A stretch of DNA of 64,000 bases from an uncultured Chlamydiae bacterium (GCA_963754655.1 CAVWGN010000001.1:736001-800000); one strand, 5' to 3'; shown: positions 31,012 to 42,777, counted from the first letter of the stretch. A program made the numbers and translations. The notes: generated by a model from the letters alone, not told the origin.

Positions 31012-31086
31012 CGGGTATTTTAAAAAAATTAGATAGCACATAGACACTTTGGAAAAGGCTAGTATTTAACTTTGATCCTCTAAAGG

Positions 31087-32155
31087 TTAAATCCATTTCT
31101 TGCGGCGGAAAAATAGAAGCATTCCAATTGCGACGATAGCCATGAAGCAAAGAACGAGGGGATAAGACCAACGATAGTGAAGTTCGGGCATATAGTCAAA
31201 ATTCATGCCGTACAGGCTGCAAATAAAGGTCAGAGGAACAAAAATTGTTGCCACAATGGTCAAGACTTTCATAATGTCATTCGTTCGAATATTAATATTA
31301 GAGAGATAGATATCCAACATTCCCGCAACAACATCTCGAAATCCTTCAATGATATCAATCATTTGTACAATATGATCATAAATATCTTGTAAGTAAAGTT
31401 GCGTTGTTTCGACTGAACCAAAGAGCTTTCTAAGCGTAGAAATCGATTGACGACATCACGCATCGGCCAGATCGCCTTACGTAGAATAATCATATCGCGT
31501 TTGGCGTATTGAATTTTATGCAGTATTGCGGGATTAGGAAGATGCATGAGTTCCTCTTCGAGTTCATCCAGATTGATATCGACTTTTTCTAAAACAATAA
31601 AATAATGATCAACAATAGTGTCTAAGAGAGTATAAGCTAAATAATCTGAACCTTGTGAGCGAATGCGCTGGCTGCCTTGATGCAGTCGATCTTTCACTGA
31701 TTTAAAGATGTCTTCATTACCTTCAAGAAAAGAAATTAAGTAGTTAGGGCCAAACACAATGCTCAATTGTTCATCTTTTAAATCCTTATTGAAAGCTTCG
31801 TATTGCAAGAGACGGACAACAATGAACACTTGATTTCATAAATATCCAATTTGGAGCGTTGGCCTGGATTGACAATGTCTTCGATTACAAGGGAATGCAA
31901 TTTAAAATGTTTGCCAATAGGAACGATCATGGTGGGATCCGAAACTCCATAAACTTGAATCCAAGTCATGGCAGGTGTTGAGATATGCTCTAAGCATTCC
32001 CAAATAGAGACATTGTCTTTCTCAATGAATTTCTCTTCCGTATATTCGACAATAGATAGGCGGACTTTATCCGGTATATCTTTTGTAGAAGATGATAAAG
32101 AACCGGAAGAAAGGCCTTTAATGCCTGTTTTTTTTTTAAATAAGCGAGCCATCAT
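31087..32155 (-). CDS. corA: Magnesium/cobalt transporter CorA, split into three frames (likely assembly indels)
   Basis: LVIEDIVNPGQRSKLD, DYLAYTLLDTIVDHY, YGMNFDYMPEL; frame switches at ~31835 and ~31410. Confidence 0.85.
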
Positions 32156-32182
32156 CCCCTGTCAACTGTAAAGAGACTCCTA

Positions 32183-33529
32183 TTAGGCTTCAATATTACG
32201 GCGCACCATGCCGATTTGACGGCGCAGATTTTCATTTGTTGCGACTTTTTTCTCAATATTCTTGCACGCATGAAGAATAGTAGAATGTGTCTTACCAAAA
32301 GATGCACCTAACATAATCAACGATTCGTTAATCATTTCTTTAGCTAAATACATGGCAACTTGACGAGGTAGAGCAATGTCTTTAGTACGTGTTGAACCTC
32401 GCAAATCGCTGACGCGTACTTGGAATACAGTTGCAACGCTTTTGAGAATTTGTTCAACTGAGATTTTTTCGTGAGGGGCGTGCTGCAACATTTCACGCAG
32501 AGTTTTTGTGACAAGCTCCTCGGTAATATTAAGATCCATCAAGCGACAGTGAGCGCTTAAGCGATTAATCGCTCCTTCCAATTGGCGAACGTTGTTGTGA
32601 ATGTGTTCAGCAATAAAAAAAGCAACCTTGTGAGGAATATGAAGGCCCTTTTGTTCTGCCTTGATTTGCAAAATTGCTACACGCGTTTCTAATTCAGGCA
32701 CACCCATAAGAGCCACAAGCCCACCTTCCATTTTTCCAATGGTTCGTTCAGATAATTTAAGCAAAGAAGGTGGCTTATCACTTGTGATAACAATTTGAGC
32801 TCCCTTATTCTTTAAAGCTTCAAAAGTATAGGAAAGTTCTTCCTCAAAGTTCAGACGATTTTGTAGAAATTGAATATCATCGACTAATAAAATATCAATT
32901 TCAGAACGATAAAACTTCTTCATGCGGTCCACAGATTTATTGCGTAAACTATCCACTAAATCATTGATGAAAGCTTCAGTCGTAATGCATTGAATGCGGA
33001 GCTTTTTATGATGTTCGCGAATATAATGTCCAATGCTGTGCAAAATGTGGGTCTTTCCTAATCCAACACCCCCATGAATAAAAAGGGGATTGTAAGATTG
33101 TCCGGGGCGAAGAGCCACTCCCATGGCAGCTGATTTGACAAATTGGTTAGTAGGTCCCTCAATGAAACTGTCAAAACGATAGGTGTTATTTAATTTGACT
33201 TCTGGATAAGCAAGATGCTCTTGTACCGATTCTATATGGATGCTAGGAATGGGTTGAGGTGACTGTTTTCTTGGCAGTTGGAGCCACAATAAAACGAATC
33301 GCCGGTTCCCCTAAAGCATTAAAGGTAAAAAAGCACATAGATCTTTCTTGTAATTGGCAATCAAATATTCTTGCACAAAAATATTGGGAACTTCTAATGT
33401 AATTTCTTCAGTAGTTGCTTCCAGAACTTGAATTGGAGAAAACCAGTTGCCAAAAGCAGTTAGCGAACATCTCGTTTTCACGAATTGCAAAAATTGAGTC
33501 CAAGACTCACGTGTATCACAAGCTAGCAT
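32183..33529 (-). CDS. dnaA: Chromosomal replication initiator DnaA (chlamydial DnaA-2-type locus), frameshifted near 33240-33325
   Basis: Domain I in 33311-33529; [39 protein letters not shown] in 32183-33289. Confidence 0.9.
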
Positions 33530-34014
33530 AATTTCGGTCCTTAAAAAGTTATGAACAACGTTTCCACAACCCAGTCTGGAGCTGTTTCAAGCAAGAATCT
33601 AGCATGAGCGGTTATAGCTGGCAAGTAATTTCATTAGTCGCCAAATCACTTGAATTGATAACTCCCTGATTATCAAAATTACAATCGCAAAAGAAAAAAA
33701 GTTTTAGTCACTTTTAGGTCTATAAAGTTTTAAAATTTGTTTTAAGTGTTTAACAATCCGTTTGTTAACAAAGAATTCTTTAAAAAATCTTTGGATGCTA
33801 TCGATTCATAATCAATTAGATGAATATCGATTTACCTCAAACCTCTCTTTTTGATAAAGATTTCCAAAAAGAGTTTATTTTTGTCATTCCTGCCATCCAT
33901 TTCTCTTCAAAAGTTTTGAAAATATTATTTGCTTTTACTGCAATTCAGAATTTGGCATTGTAGAAGTGTGCTTAATTTGAGGACTCTCCTAAGTAAAGTT
34001 CAAGATAGAAAATC

Positions 34015-35190
34015 ATGACTTCTTCTTTTTTACCCTATGCTAAGCAATCTATCCAAGAAGAGGATATTCAGGCAGTTGTAGAAGGTTTAAAAGAGGAATG
34101 GATAACGCGTGGCCCTTTGGTTCAACTTTTCGAACAAACCATTGCAAATTATTGCGATGTTCCCTATGCAGTGGCTTTTAACAGTGGGACAGCAGCTTTA
34201 ATGGCTGCCTATTTTGCTGCGCAATTGACCCCCTCCGATTGCGTGATTTCTACCCCTAATACTTTCATTGCCACTGTAGGTGCTGCTATTCAAATGGGCA
34301 TTCGTCCTATTTTTATTGATATTGACCGTTCTACTGGAAATCTTAATCTTAAGCAGTTGGATAGCTATAGGCATTTCCACTCCACACGTGGACGTCTCTT
34401 TATCGTTCCTGTCCATTTCTCCGGATTGGCTTTAAATATGGCAGAATTGGATCGTTATATTTGTCATCCAGATGCTATCGTCATTGAAGATGCGGCTCAT
34501 GCTTTAGGATCTCTCTATCCTTCTGGGCAAAAAGTAGGCAGCTGTCTTTTTAGCCATATGACAATTTTCAGCTTCCATCCTGCTAAAACGCTAACAACAG
34601 GGGAAGGAGGAATGGTAACAACGCGCGATCCAGAACTTTATCATCGCTTGCAATTATTTCGAAATAATGGAATAGAACGTTCCGCTCCCTATTTGCTTCA
34701 ACACGCGGCTCCTGGATACTATGAAGTTCAAGCCATTACAGGCAATTTTAATTTGACAAGTTTTCAAGCAGCTCTTGGTTTGAGTCAGTTTAAGCGCTTA
34801 AACGATTTCATTTCTAAAAGAAGGTTGTTAGTTCAGCATTATCGTCGGCGCTTAAAAGAATTGCCGTATGTGACTCTTTTTACTGAGAAACACGATGCTG
34901 ATACAGCTTTTCATCTCTTTGTCGTGCAAATTGACTTTGAAGCTTGTAGAAGAAAGCGCGAAGAGGTGATGCACGCTTTATATGACAAAGGCATCGGTTC
35001 TCAAGTTCATTATATTCCTCTCTATCATCATCCCGTCCTTCATCGTGATACTTGGGAGGAACGGAGCAAATATCCCCATATGGAAATTTACTCTCAACAA
35101 GCCCTCTCTTTACCTCTTTATTTTGACCTAGAAATAGCAGATGTTGACTATATCTGTAATGAATTAATTTCTATTCTTAAATCAAATTAA
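34015..35190 (+). CDS. DegT/DnrJ/EryC1/StrS sugar aminotransferase (PseC-like)
   Basis: FLPYAKQSI, IEDAAHALG, FSFHPAKTLTTGEGGM, GIGSQVHYIP. Confidence 0.9.
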   Translation: MTSSFLPYAKQSIQEEDIQAVVEGLKEEWITRGPLVQLFEQTIANYCDVPYAVAFNSGTAALMAAYFAAQLTPSDCVISTPNTFIATVGAAIQMGIRPIFIDIDRSTGNLNLKQLDSYRHFHSTRGRLFIVPVHFSGLALNMAELDRYICHPDAIVIEDAAHALGSLYPSGQKVGSCLFSHMTIFSFHPAKTLTTGEGGMVTTRDPELYHRLQLFRNNGIERSAPYLLQHAAPGYYEVQAITGNFNLTSFQAALGLSQFKRLNDFISKRRLLVQHYRRRLKELPYVTLFTEKHDADTAFHLFVVQIDFEACRRKREEVMHALYDKGIGSQVHYIPLYHHPVLHRDTWEERSKYPHMEIYSQQALSLPLYFDLEIADVDYICNELISILKSN

Positions 35191-35302
35191 ATATTTAATT
35201 AAATATCATTAAATAAATTACAAATAAATAATATTTATATTAATCATTTGTTTGTGTTAATCTTTTAAATAATAATTCGTTTTTATTATTTGGAGTTTAT
35301 TT

Positions 35303-36484
35303 ATGGATCTCTTAAATGCAACATTTGAAGATTATCAAGTCCAATACGAAACTTTTTTACCTATAGAATTGCGAAAAGGACTGACTTATTTACAAACCCA
35401 TGTTCATTATGCCGTCACTATTATAGATGAAAGCTTTCCAGCGGTAGAGTTAGTGTTTAGGATTATTCAAGTGAGTGTGGGCATCCTTTGTTTCTTTCCC
35501 TCTCTAGAACCCTCTTTAGAGGCGCCCAAGCAATTTTGTAAAGATGTGAAGAACTTGACAGGTGTTGTAAAAGGATTAAAATCAATTGATGGATTGTTGA
35601 ATTTTAAATTTGTATGGAAGCTTATCATGTTGAATGTATCAGGGATGACGCTTTTCATTGTAAGTGCCCTGAGTTTAATTGAGCGGACTCAGCTTTTAGA
35701 TGTTTCTGCAATTAAAACTTATTTAAGAGCGATTCCTATTTTTGGTATTTTGCCCTACGGAGGGTTATTTTCTTTTTCGGTTATGGGATTAATGGGTCTT
35801 ACGGCCTTCTCAGCTTTAGGTAAAAGAAGCCAGTTAATAGAAGAAGAAAACCGCATTAAAAATGAAAAGCTGACATTTTGGTCGCAATCGTTAGATCTTC
35901 CTGAAGTGCGGATGCAAGAGCAAAAGTATCAAATGCGGGTAGCAGATTTGAAAATGGAAATTACTGCTTATGAGTTATTGATTAAGGAAGGAAGGGACAT
36001 TGAAGATGAATTCAATCAGCGCGGGGATCAAACAAAAGAGTGGTATACTTGTTGCCAAGCTTTGAAAGAGCTAAATTCTACACTTAAAAAGAAACAAACA
36101 GAATTAGAAAAATACGAAGAAAAATGCGCGGATTGGACAGAATTAGACAGAAACTGGAATCAGATTAATCCTCAAGAATTAGAAGATTTTCGAAAAGCTA
36201 AACAAGAAAAATGGGAAGTGAAGCTTAATAAAATTAAGAGCGAAAAAAGATCCGGCTTACTTGCTATTGTGAGTCAGATCATCATTTTCTCTAAACAAGC
36301 TTTAGTGATTATTGGTTTGGCGACTGGATATGGAATGATTGCTCTGCCAGGGTTAATCAATATTGGGTTAGAAACTGTTGTGGCAGGTTGTGGAATGACA
36401 ACTTTCTTCATGAAAAGATCAATAAAAAAGATTCAAATTTCTCCTGTGCGTTTAACTCAGTATGTGAATTTAGCTATAAGCTAG
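35303..36484 (+). CDS. Hypothetical coiled-coil protein with paired hydrophobic hairpins (Inc-like candidate)
   Basis: Hydrophobic blocks flank a ~140-aa K/E-rich coiled coil. Confidence 0.75.
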   Translation: MDLLNATFEDYQVQYETFLPIELRKGLTYLQTHVHYAVTIIDESFPAVELVFRIIQVSVGILCFFPSLEPSLEAPKQFCKDVKNLTGVVKGLKSIDGLLNFKFVWKLIMLNVSGMTLFIVSALSLIERTQLLDVSAIKTYLRAIPIFGILPYGGLFSFSVMGLMGLTAFSALGKRSQLIEEENRIKNEKLTFWSQSLDLPEVRMQEQKYQMRVADLKMEITAYELLIKEGRDIEDEFNQRGDQTKEWYTCCQALKELNSTLKKKQTELEKYEEKCADWTELDRNWNQINPQELEDFRKAKQEKWEVKLNKIKSEKRSGLLAIVSQIIIFSKQALVIIGLATGYGMIALPGLINIGLETVVAGCGMTTFFMKRSIKKIQISPVRLTQYVNLAIS

Positions 36485-36868
36485 GATTAAGGCTTTAGCA
36501 ATATTAGCGACCATTGGATTTTGTTCTTTCTTAAGAATTTGAGCTAGCTTAAGGCCCTCTTCTTTTTTTCCCATTGCAAAGAATGTTTTGGCAAGATTTA
36601 ACAAGGTGGGAGCATGATCAGTGTTCTCAAGCTTTAACGCACGATCAAAATATTTAAGAGCTTTATTGGGTTGATTAAGCTGCAAATAAAGAGCACCTAA
36701 CGTCTGCGCATCATAAGCACTCTCCGGATCTAAAATAGCCAAGGCTTCAAAAAAAGCTAAGGCAATGTCATATTTGCCCTGACGAATATAGGAAAATCCC
36801 GTATAACGTAAATCTTCAATGTGTTCATCGCTCCATCCCAGTTTTTCTATCCAATTAATCGATTTCAT
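36470..36868 (-). CDS. TPR type III secretion chaperone (CT274-like)
   Basis: MKSINWIEKLGW...YSYIRQG-like, YDAQTLGALYLQ TPR motifs; conserved chlamydial position; ATG at 36868. Confidence 0.8.
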   Translation of the reverse strand: MKSINWIEKLGWSDEHIEDLRYTGFSYIRQGKYDIALAFFEALAILDPESAYDAQTLGALYLQLNQPNKALKYFDRALKLENTDHAPTLLNLAKTFFAMGKKEEGLKLAQILKKEQNPMVANIAKALILAYS

Positions 36869-36873
36869 TAGCA

Positions 36874-37323
36874 CTAACCTTGCAAGAACTGACCCACGCG
36901 ACCTACAATAAAGCTTATCCAATTATTAATCTTCTTAATTTGTTCAAAGCAGTTTTTCAAAGTCTTTTTTTCATTCTCTTCTTCTTCTGTTTCGCATTCA
37001 ATCTGATCGAGTTCGCGCTCGTTCTCCTCTTCTTCTTCGAAAGAGCCCAAGCTCGGAGCGACTCGGAAAAATCCAAATGGCGAGCGGCGTTGATAGCGAA
37101 ACTGAGGAGGTGGAAAAAAAAAGGCCCAAGGATTTTGAACAACTCTCACACCCAATAAGATATCCATTTCTGATAATTTGGGATAAAAAGCTAGAACTTG
37201 GAGTTGCGAGGGAATGCTGGCCGCCTCATCCAAATGATATTGCTGGTTAATTTGCTCAATCATATTGGTTCGCCGGGCGTATTGGAGATAAATTCCAACA
37301 TCCAACTTATCTATAGTCGTCAT
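36874..37323 (-). CDS. Conserved chlamydial protein (CT273-like)
   Basis: WAFFFPP...RRSPF...APSLGS, acidic tract, ends RVGQFLQG; synteny. Confidence 0.75.
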   Translation of the reverse strand: MTTIDKLDVGIYLQYARRTNMIEQINQQYHLDEAASIPSQLQVLAFYPKLSEMDILLGVRVVQNPWAFFFPPPQFRYQRRSPFGFFRVAPSLGSFEEEEENERELDQIECETEEEENEKKTLKNCFEQIKKINNWISFIVGRVGQFLQG

Positions 37324-37520
37324 AATATACCTATTATAGAAAAAAGATAACTTCCCTAATTTATTTTACCAATTATTGTATTTTTTAGTAAATCAAGTTC
37401 TTTGCACAAATTTTTATCCTCACTATTTAATTGCTCCAAATAAAATATTGTTCCTTGTTCATATAGAAGCATTTTGGCACATCTTTCGCATCATTGACTT
37501 GTGAAACAAGGGAGACGGTT

Positions 37521-38097
37521 ATGAATCACATGAGTGGTATAGAAATACAAAAAGAAGCATTATATTTATTTGCTGCAGCCAGAGGAGTAGATACTCGCAC
37601 TGATGAGGCTGAAACAGAATTAAAAACCAAAATTAATGAATTATTCAATATTAATTTAGTAAATGCATCTGTAAGGAGTCCTTTTAGTGTAAAAAAACTT
37701 GAATGCAGAAATCATTAATGTTGCAAGCACACTTCATTCCCATAAATTTAAATCAAATACTAAAGAAGAGGCTGAATCCGCTTTAAAATTTTTAGAATTA
37801 ATTTCATTATTAGGATTTTATAAAAATAAATTATTAGATTTAACAGAAATTGGATTGGAAGGGGAATTTAAAGATCAAGATACGCTAATAGTAAAGTCAT
37901 TGTATTATGCTGAGAAAATTAGAGATAAATTAGACTCAAAAAAAATCAATCGTCAATCTTTGACAAAAGAAATTACAGAACTTGAAAATAAAATTGATAA
38001 AGTTTTTTCTAGGCGTCTTGAAACTATTGACCAAATAGCCTTAAAAAAATATGCAACAAAAGCCTTATCGATTTTAAAATCTTATATAAAAAGCTAA
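37521..38097 (+). CDS. Hypothetical protein, frameshifted at an A7 run near 37691
   Basis: Two overlapping ORFs (37494-37718, 37699-38097) with GGGAG RBS before ATG 37521; probably one gene. Confidence 0.55.
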
Positions 38098-38309
38098 GAA
38101 TAGAGAATATCACCTATCGACATAGGGGATCGCAGGACTAATTGAAGAATTGCCCGATGTTTCGTCCAATTTTTGCGCCAGTTAATAAATCTTTATTAAA
38201 CTCGCAAGATGGCAACTTTTGCGATATTCAATTTTTTGATTGAAAACTTTAGATTCAATCGTTAATTTAAGAACCAATTATTTTCAACTTAACGAATTGA
38301 ATCACTAGT

Positions 38310-39354
38310 AGTACTCGTTTACATTAGTTTTTGCCTATTGGATTGCTTCATAGGCCCCGGGTTGGGATGAGATGATTCTCTTGTAGTCCTTCAGACTACA
38401 TGAAGAGGGCTAATCTAACCCAGGGCGATGCCCTGGGCTATTTTTATTTGGAGCCTTTCAGGCTCTGAACATTGGACATTTTTGGAAGACCTCCTTCTAT
38501 AACAATTGTAGGGCTATGCCTATTAAATGGTGCATACTCCACAATCATTTTAGAGACGGTTAAAAAAAAGATGTCCAATGTTTAGAGCCTGAAAGGCTTC
38601 AAATAGCCCCAGGGTTAGGGTGTTCATTTTGTGCAAAAAATGAACTTTATTTTTCACAATAATTGGCATAGTTGAATTGAAAGTCAGATGTTTATGCCGT
38701 CCTTTCAGGACTCGATGTCTTTTTGATAGAACCCAGGCCTCCGCTTCGCTGCGACCTGGGCTGTAACATGACGGCCCTTCAGGCCTTAACAAAAAGATGA
38801 TTTAGGGACTATAGAAGATGATTTAGGGACTATAGAAGAGGGACTTAAACCTCTCTTCTTAAGGCCTGAAGGGCCGTCATGTTACAGCCCAGGTCGCAGC
38901 GAAGCGGAGGCCTGGGTTCTATCAAAAAGACATCGAGTCCTGAAAGGACGGCATAAACATCTGACTTTCAATTCAACTATGCCAATTATTGTGAAAAATA
39001 AAGCTCATTTTTTGCACAAAATGAACACCCTAGCCCCGGGTGGCTGCCTAGGCTATTTTATTTGGAGCCTTTCAGGCTCTAAACATTGGACATTTTTGGA
39101 AGACATCCTTCTATAACAATTGTAGGGCCATGCCTATTAAATGGTGCATACTCTACAATCATTTTAGAGACAGTTAACAAAAAGATGTCCAATGTTTAGA
39201 GCCTGAAAGGCTTCAAATAAAATAGCCCAGGGAATCGCCCTGGGTTAGATTAGCTCTCGTTATGTAGTCTGAAGGACTACAAGAGAATTATCTCATCCCA
39301 GCCGCGGGGCTTTCAAGCAATCCCAATAGGCAAAAACTAATGTGGTTGAGTACT
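38310..39354. mobile_element. 1.04-kb nested palindromic stack E[C-D(G(F))-C]
   Basis: E ends AGTACTC.../...GAGTACT; D at 38618-39030; C modules on both sides; 21-bp tandem duplication in the F spacer. Confidence 0.9.
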
Positions 39355-39406
39355 TAGCTTAACGCATGGGCTCGGTCACAGTGGGTCCACAACCCTCACA
39401 TAAGGA

Positions 39407-40366
39407 TTGCGCATTTCCATGTTTTTATCTCCTCATTATTCTGTTTTATTGACAGAAGTTGTGCAAGCTTTTGAAACTTTGTCCCTTGAAGTCGTTGTCG
39501 ATGGAACTTTAGGAGCAGGAGGCCATGCCCTAGCTTTGCTTGAACACCACCCAGAGATTCGGCATTATATTGGAATCGATCAAGATCCTCATGCACTTGG
39601 TTTAGCGTCTGAGCGTTTAAAACCTTGGGCTTCAAAGTTGATTCTTAAACATGGAAATTTTGCCCAGTTTGACGAATTCTTAAACGAGTTGTCCTTATCT
39701 TCTGTACAAGCTATTTTGGTTGATTTAGGTGTCTCTTCCATGCAATTGGATCAACCTATGCGCGGCTTTAGTTTCATGCAAGACGGTCCGCTTGATATGC
39801 GTATGAATCCTCTCGTGGGTATGACAGCGGCTGATGTGGTGAATCAGTGGTCAGAGCAAGAATTAGGGCGCATTTTTCGCGAGTATGGAGAAGAAAAGCA
39901 ATGGCGAGCAGCAGCTCGTGTCATTGTGCAGGCGAGACGTTCTCATCCTTTTGTCACAACAGGGGATCTTAAAGCTGTTTTAACACCTGTTTTGGCTCGC
40001 TTTTCCAAAAAGGGAATTCATCCCTTGACACTTGTTTTTCAAGCTTTGCGTATTTGCGTCAATCGTGAATTAGAAGTATTGGATGCTTTTATGCCTAAAG
40101 CCATTGATCGATTAGCTCCAGGAGGACGCTTGGCCGTTATGAGTTTTCATAGTTTAGAAGATCGTATCGTGAAAACGCATATGCGTTTGGCAGCGAGTGA
40201 TAAATGGGACACCAGCGGCCTCAGCGGTCTTTTCCAAGATAAAGAACCGACTGTCAAATTGATCACAAAAAAACCCATTGAATCCAGTGAGAAAGAAATT
40301 CAACAGAATCCTCGCAGCCGCAGCGCAAAATTACGTATTGTAGAAAAATTAGCAGTCTTAAGTTAG
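39407..40366 (+). CDS. rsmH: 16S rRNA (C1402-N4)-methyltransferase
   Basis: HYSVLL.E, DGTLGAGGH, DLGVSSMQLD, FQALRI.VN.EL, NPRSRSAKLR. Confidence 0.97.
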   Translation: MRISMFLSPHYSVLLTEVVQAFETLSLEVVVDGTLGAGGHALALLEHHPEIRHYIGIDQDPHALGLASERLKPWASKLILKHGNFAQFDEFLNELSLSSVQAILVDLGVSSMQLDQPMRGFSFMQDGPLDMRMNPLVGMTAADVVNQWSEQELGRIFREYGEEKQWRAAARVIVQARRSHPFVTTGDLKAVLTPVLARFSKKGIHPLTLVFQALRICVNRELEVLDAFMPKAIDRLAPGGRLAVMSFHSLEDRIVKTHMRLAASDKWDTSGLSGLFQDKEPTVKLITKKPIESSEKEIQQNPRSRSAKLRIVEKLAVLS

Positions 40367-40390
40367 GAACTGTTCCTAAGTAGGATATAA

Positions 40391-40702
40391 ATGGGATTAC
40401 TCATACGCTTATTGATTTGTATTTCTTTTGTCGGCTTAGTGCTTTATAAGTATATTGATAAATTGAATGAATTGACTGAGTTAAGATTATCAATTCCTAT
40501 CTTGGCACGCGAAGTCAAAGAAATTCATGAACACAATCTTGAACTTCAGTATGCAATTGATTGTTTTGAGAGTCCTTTGCACTTGATGGAGTTAGCGCGC
40601 AAACCTGAATTTGGACATTTAAAATATCCATTTATTAATGAAATTGTCCTTTTGCCTGAAACTTCTGTTTCATGTTCAGAGGATACTTCTAGTGATAATT
40701 AA
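40391..40702 (+). CDS. ftsL: Cell division protein FtsL-like
   Basis: TM plus leucine zipper between rsmH and pbp3. Confidence 0.75.
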   Translation: MGLLIRLLICISFVGLVLYKYIDKLNELTELRLSIPILAREVKEIHEHNLELQYAIDCFESPLHLMELARKPEFGHLKYPFINEIVLLPETSVSCSEDTSSDN

Positions 40703-40704
40703 CT

Positions 40705-42729
40705 ATGTTAAACGCACCTGTTACAGGACAAGAGAAATATCGCCTTTTGTGGATAGCGTTGTTGATTTTTGTTCTTTTTTCTTTTTTGATTGCTCAATTT
40801 TACCAAATTCAGATTCTTGAAGGCAAAAAATGGGCTTTACAAGCCCAAAAACAACATTTTTTTATCATCAAAGAGCCTTTTATCCGCGGAACTTTTTACT
40901 CTAATCCCTATATTAGAAAGGGACATCCGCCAGAACCACAAAAGTTTGTGATTGATGTTCCCAAATTTCATCTTTATGCAGATCCAGAATCGATTCCTTT
41001 ACAATTAAAAGAGGAAGTGTCAAACCAATTAGGATCTTATCTGACTTTGAATTCGCTTGAGCAATTGCAATTGCATCAGCAATTGAATAAATCCAGCCGC
41101 AGCCGTAAGCTTGCCATGTGGTTAGATAAAGAAACTCATCGTTCACTCAATCAGTGGTGGCAAGCTTACGCTCGCCAACATAAAGTTCCTCGTAATGCTC
41201 TTTTTTTTGTCAAAGATTACCAGCGCTCTTATCCCTTTGGAAAATTGCTTGGGCAAGTTTTGCATACGATTCAAAAACAAAAAGATGAAAAGACAGGTCA
41301 AGCATTGCCGACAGGAGGCTTAGAGCTCTATTTTAACTCTTATTTACAGGGGAAAAATGGAAAAAGGCGTTTGATGCGCTCCCCACGCAATGCGTTGGAA
41401 ACAGGAGAAGTGATTACTTATCCTGAACATGGCGCAGATATTTACTTAACGATTAATCCTTTTTTGCAAGCAATCGCAGAAGAAGAAGTTGAGAGAGGGG
41501 TAAAAAGAAGCAAGGGCAAAGCAGGATGGGCGGCCATCATGGATCCTTATACAGGAGAAATTTTGGCTCTAGCTCAGTATCCCTCTTTTTATCCTCCTGA
41601 TTATCAAAATTACTTCAACCATCCAGAGTGCATTGAACATACAAAATTGAAAGCTGTTACAGATGCCAATGAGCCAGGCTCTGTTTTTAAACCTTTTACA
41701 ATTGCTTTGGCACTTAAAGCTAATAAACAATTACGCCTGCAAGGAGAAAAAGAACTTTTTTCTCCAGATGAAAAAATTTCAACAAGCAATGGCCGTTTTC
41801 CTGGCCGCTCTAAACCCATTTGCGATACCAGTCGGCATGATTACTTGAATCTAGATATGGGCATGCAGAAATCGTCTAATATCTACATGGCCCGTTTAGC
41901 CGAACGCATAGTGTCACGTCTGGGAAATGATTGGTATCGGCGGCAGTTACAAATGTTGGGATTTGGGCAAAAGACAAATCTTGAACTTCCAGCTGAGAGT
42001 TCAGGCGTTTTGCCAACTCCTGGTAAATTGCATCCCAATGGTGTTTTAGAATGGTCAGTTCCTACTCCCTTTTCTTTGGCGATTGGTCACAATATCCAGG
42101 TCACCACCGTCCAGCTCTTACGCGCTTATGCGATTTTGGCAAACGGCGGATTTTTAGTTCAGCCTACTCTTGTACGTTGCATTGTGAAAAAAGATCAGCA
42201 AGGGCTTCCTTATGCCCTAGTGGATCATACATGCCAGGATCGGTTACGCAGCTTTCCTAGAGTGATGGATCCAGAAATCGTAGATCGGGTCGTCTGTTCG
42301 ATGCGTTATGTCACTAAACCCGGAGGAACAGCAATTAGAGCAGATGTCCCTGGTTATACGGAAGTGGGGAAGACGAGCACACCAAAGAAAATCATCAATG
42401 GCGCCTATTCAGAAAAACTCTATTGCCCCACCTTTGTCGGCTTTACTCCTGTTAAAAATGCCGCCCTTGTCATTGCAATTACCATTGATGAACCCGAATA
42501 TGGTTATTTCCGTGGTCTTGGGAAAAATCATAATGGAGGAAATTGTACAGCGCTCGTGTTCCGAGAAATTGCCAAGCGTTCTTTAGAATACCTAGGCATT
42601 CCGCCTGATGATCCTTATGGCTACCCCTATGGCGATCCTCGCCGTGATTCACAAAAAGAAGTTTGGATGAATGAAACGAGAAAGTTGCAAGAAATATATG
42701 ATAAATGGAATAAGACTTCTCAGCATTAA
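40705..42729 (+). CDS. ftsI: Penicillin-binding protein 3 (FtsI)
   Basis: EPGSVFK (SxxK), SSN, GKTST; N-terminal TM. Confidence 0.92.
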   Translation: MLNAPVTGQEKYRLLWIALLIFVLFSFLIAQFYQIQILEGKKWALQAQKQHFFIIKEPFIRGTFYSNPYIRKGHPPEPQKFVIDVPKFHLYADPESIPLQLKEEVSNQLGSYLTLNSLEQLQLHQQLNKSSRSRKLAMWLDKETHRSLNQWWQAYARQHKVPRNALFFVKDYQRSYPFGKLLGQVLHTIQKQKDEKTGQALPTGGLELYFNSYLQGKNGKRRLMRSPRNALETGEVITYPEHGADIYLTINPFLQAIAEEEVERGVKRSKGKAGWAAIMDPYTGEILALAQYPSFYPPDYQNYFNHPECIEHTKLKAVTDANEPGSVFKPFTIALALKANKQLRLQGEKELFSPDEKISTSNGRFPGRSKPICDTSRHDYLNLDMGMQKSSNIYMARLAERIVSRLGNDWYRRQLQMLGFGQKTNLELPAESSGVLPTPGKLHPNGVLEWSVPTPFSLAIGHNIQVTTVQLLRAYAILANGGFLVQPTLVRCIVKKDQQGLPYALVDHTCQDRLRSFPRVMDPEIVDRVVCSMRYVTKPGGTAIRADVPGYTEVGKTSTPKKIINGAYSEKLYCPTFVGFTPVKNAALVIAITIDEPEYGYFRGLGKNHNGGNCTALVFREIAKRSLEYLGIPPDDPYGYPYGDPRRDSQKEVWMNETRKLQEIYDKWNKTSQH

Positions 42730-42777
42730 TGAATAAGGTGTTCTCGCTTTGAGAACATTTCCTAAATCGAGTGAGGC

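Noticed and set aside
33530..34014. oriC upstream of dnaA
   Set aside because: Only mismatched DnaA-box-like words (TTATGAACA, GTTTCCACA near 33549-33567); at most autoregulatory, insufficient for an origin call
38310..39354. CRISPR array or integron attC cassette array
   Set aside because: Repeats are long and inverted with constant spacers; no unique 30-40 bp spacers, no cas or intI genes, no cassette ORFs
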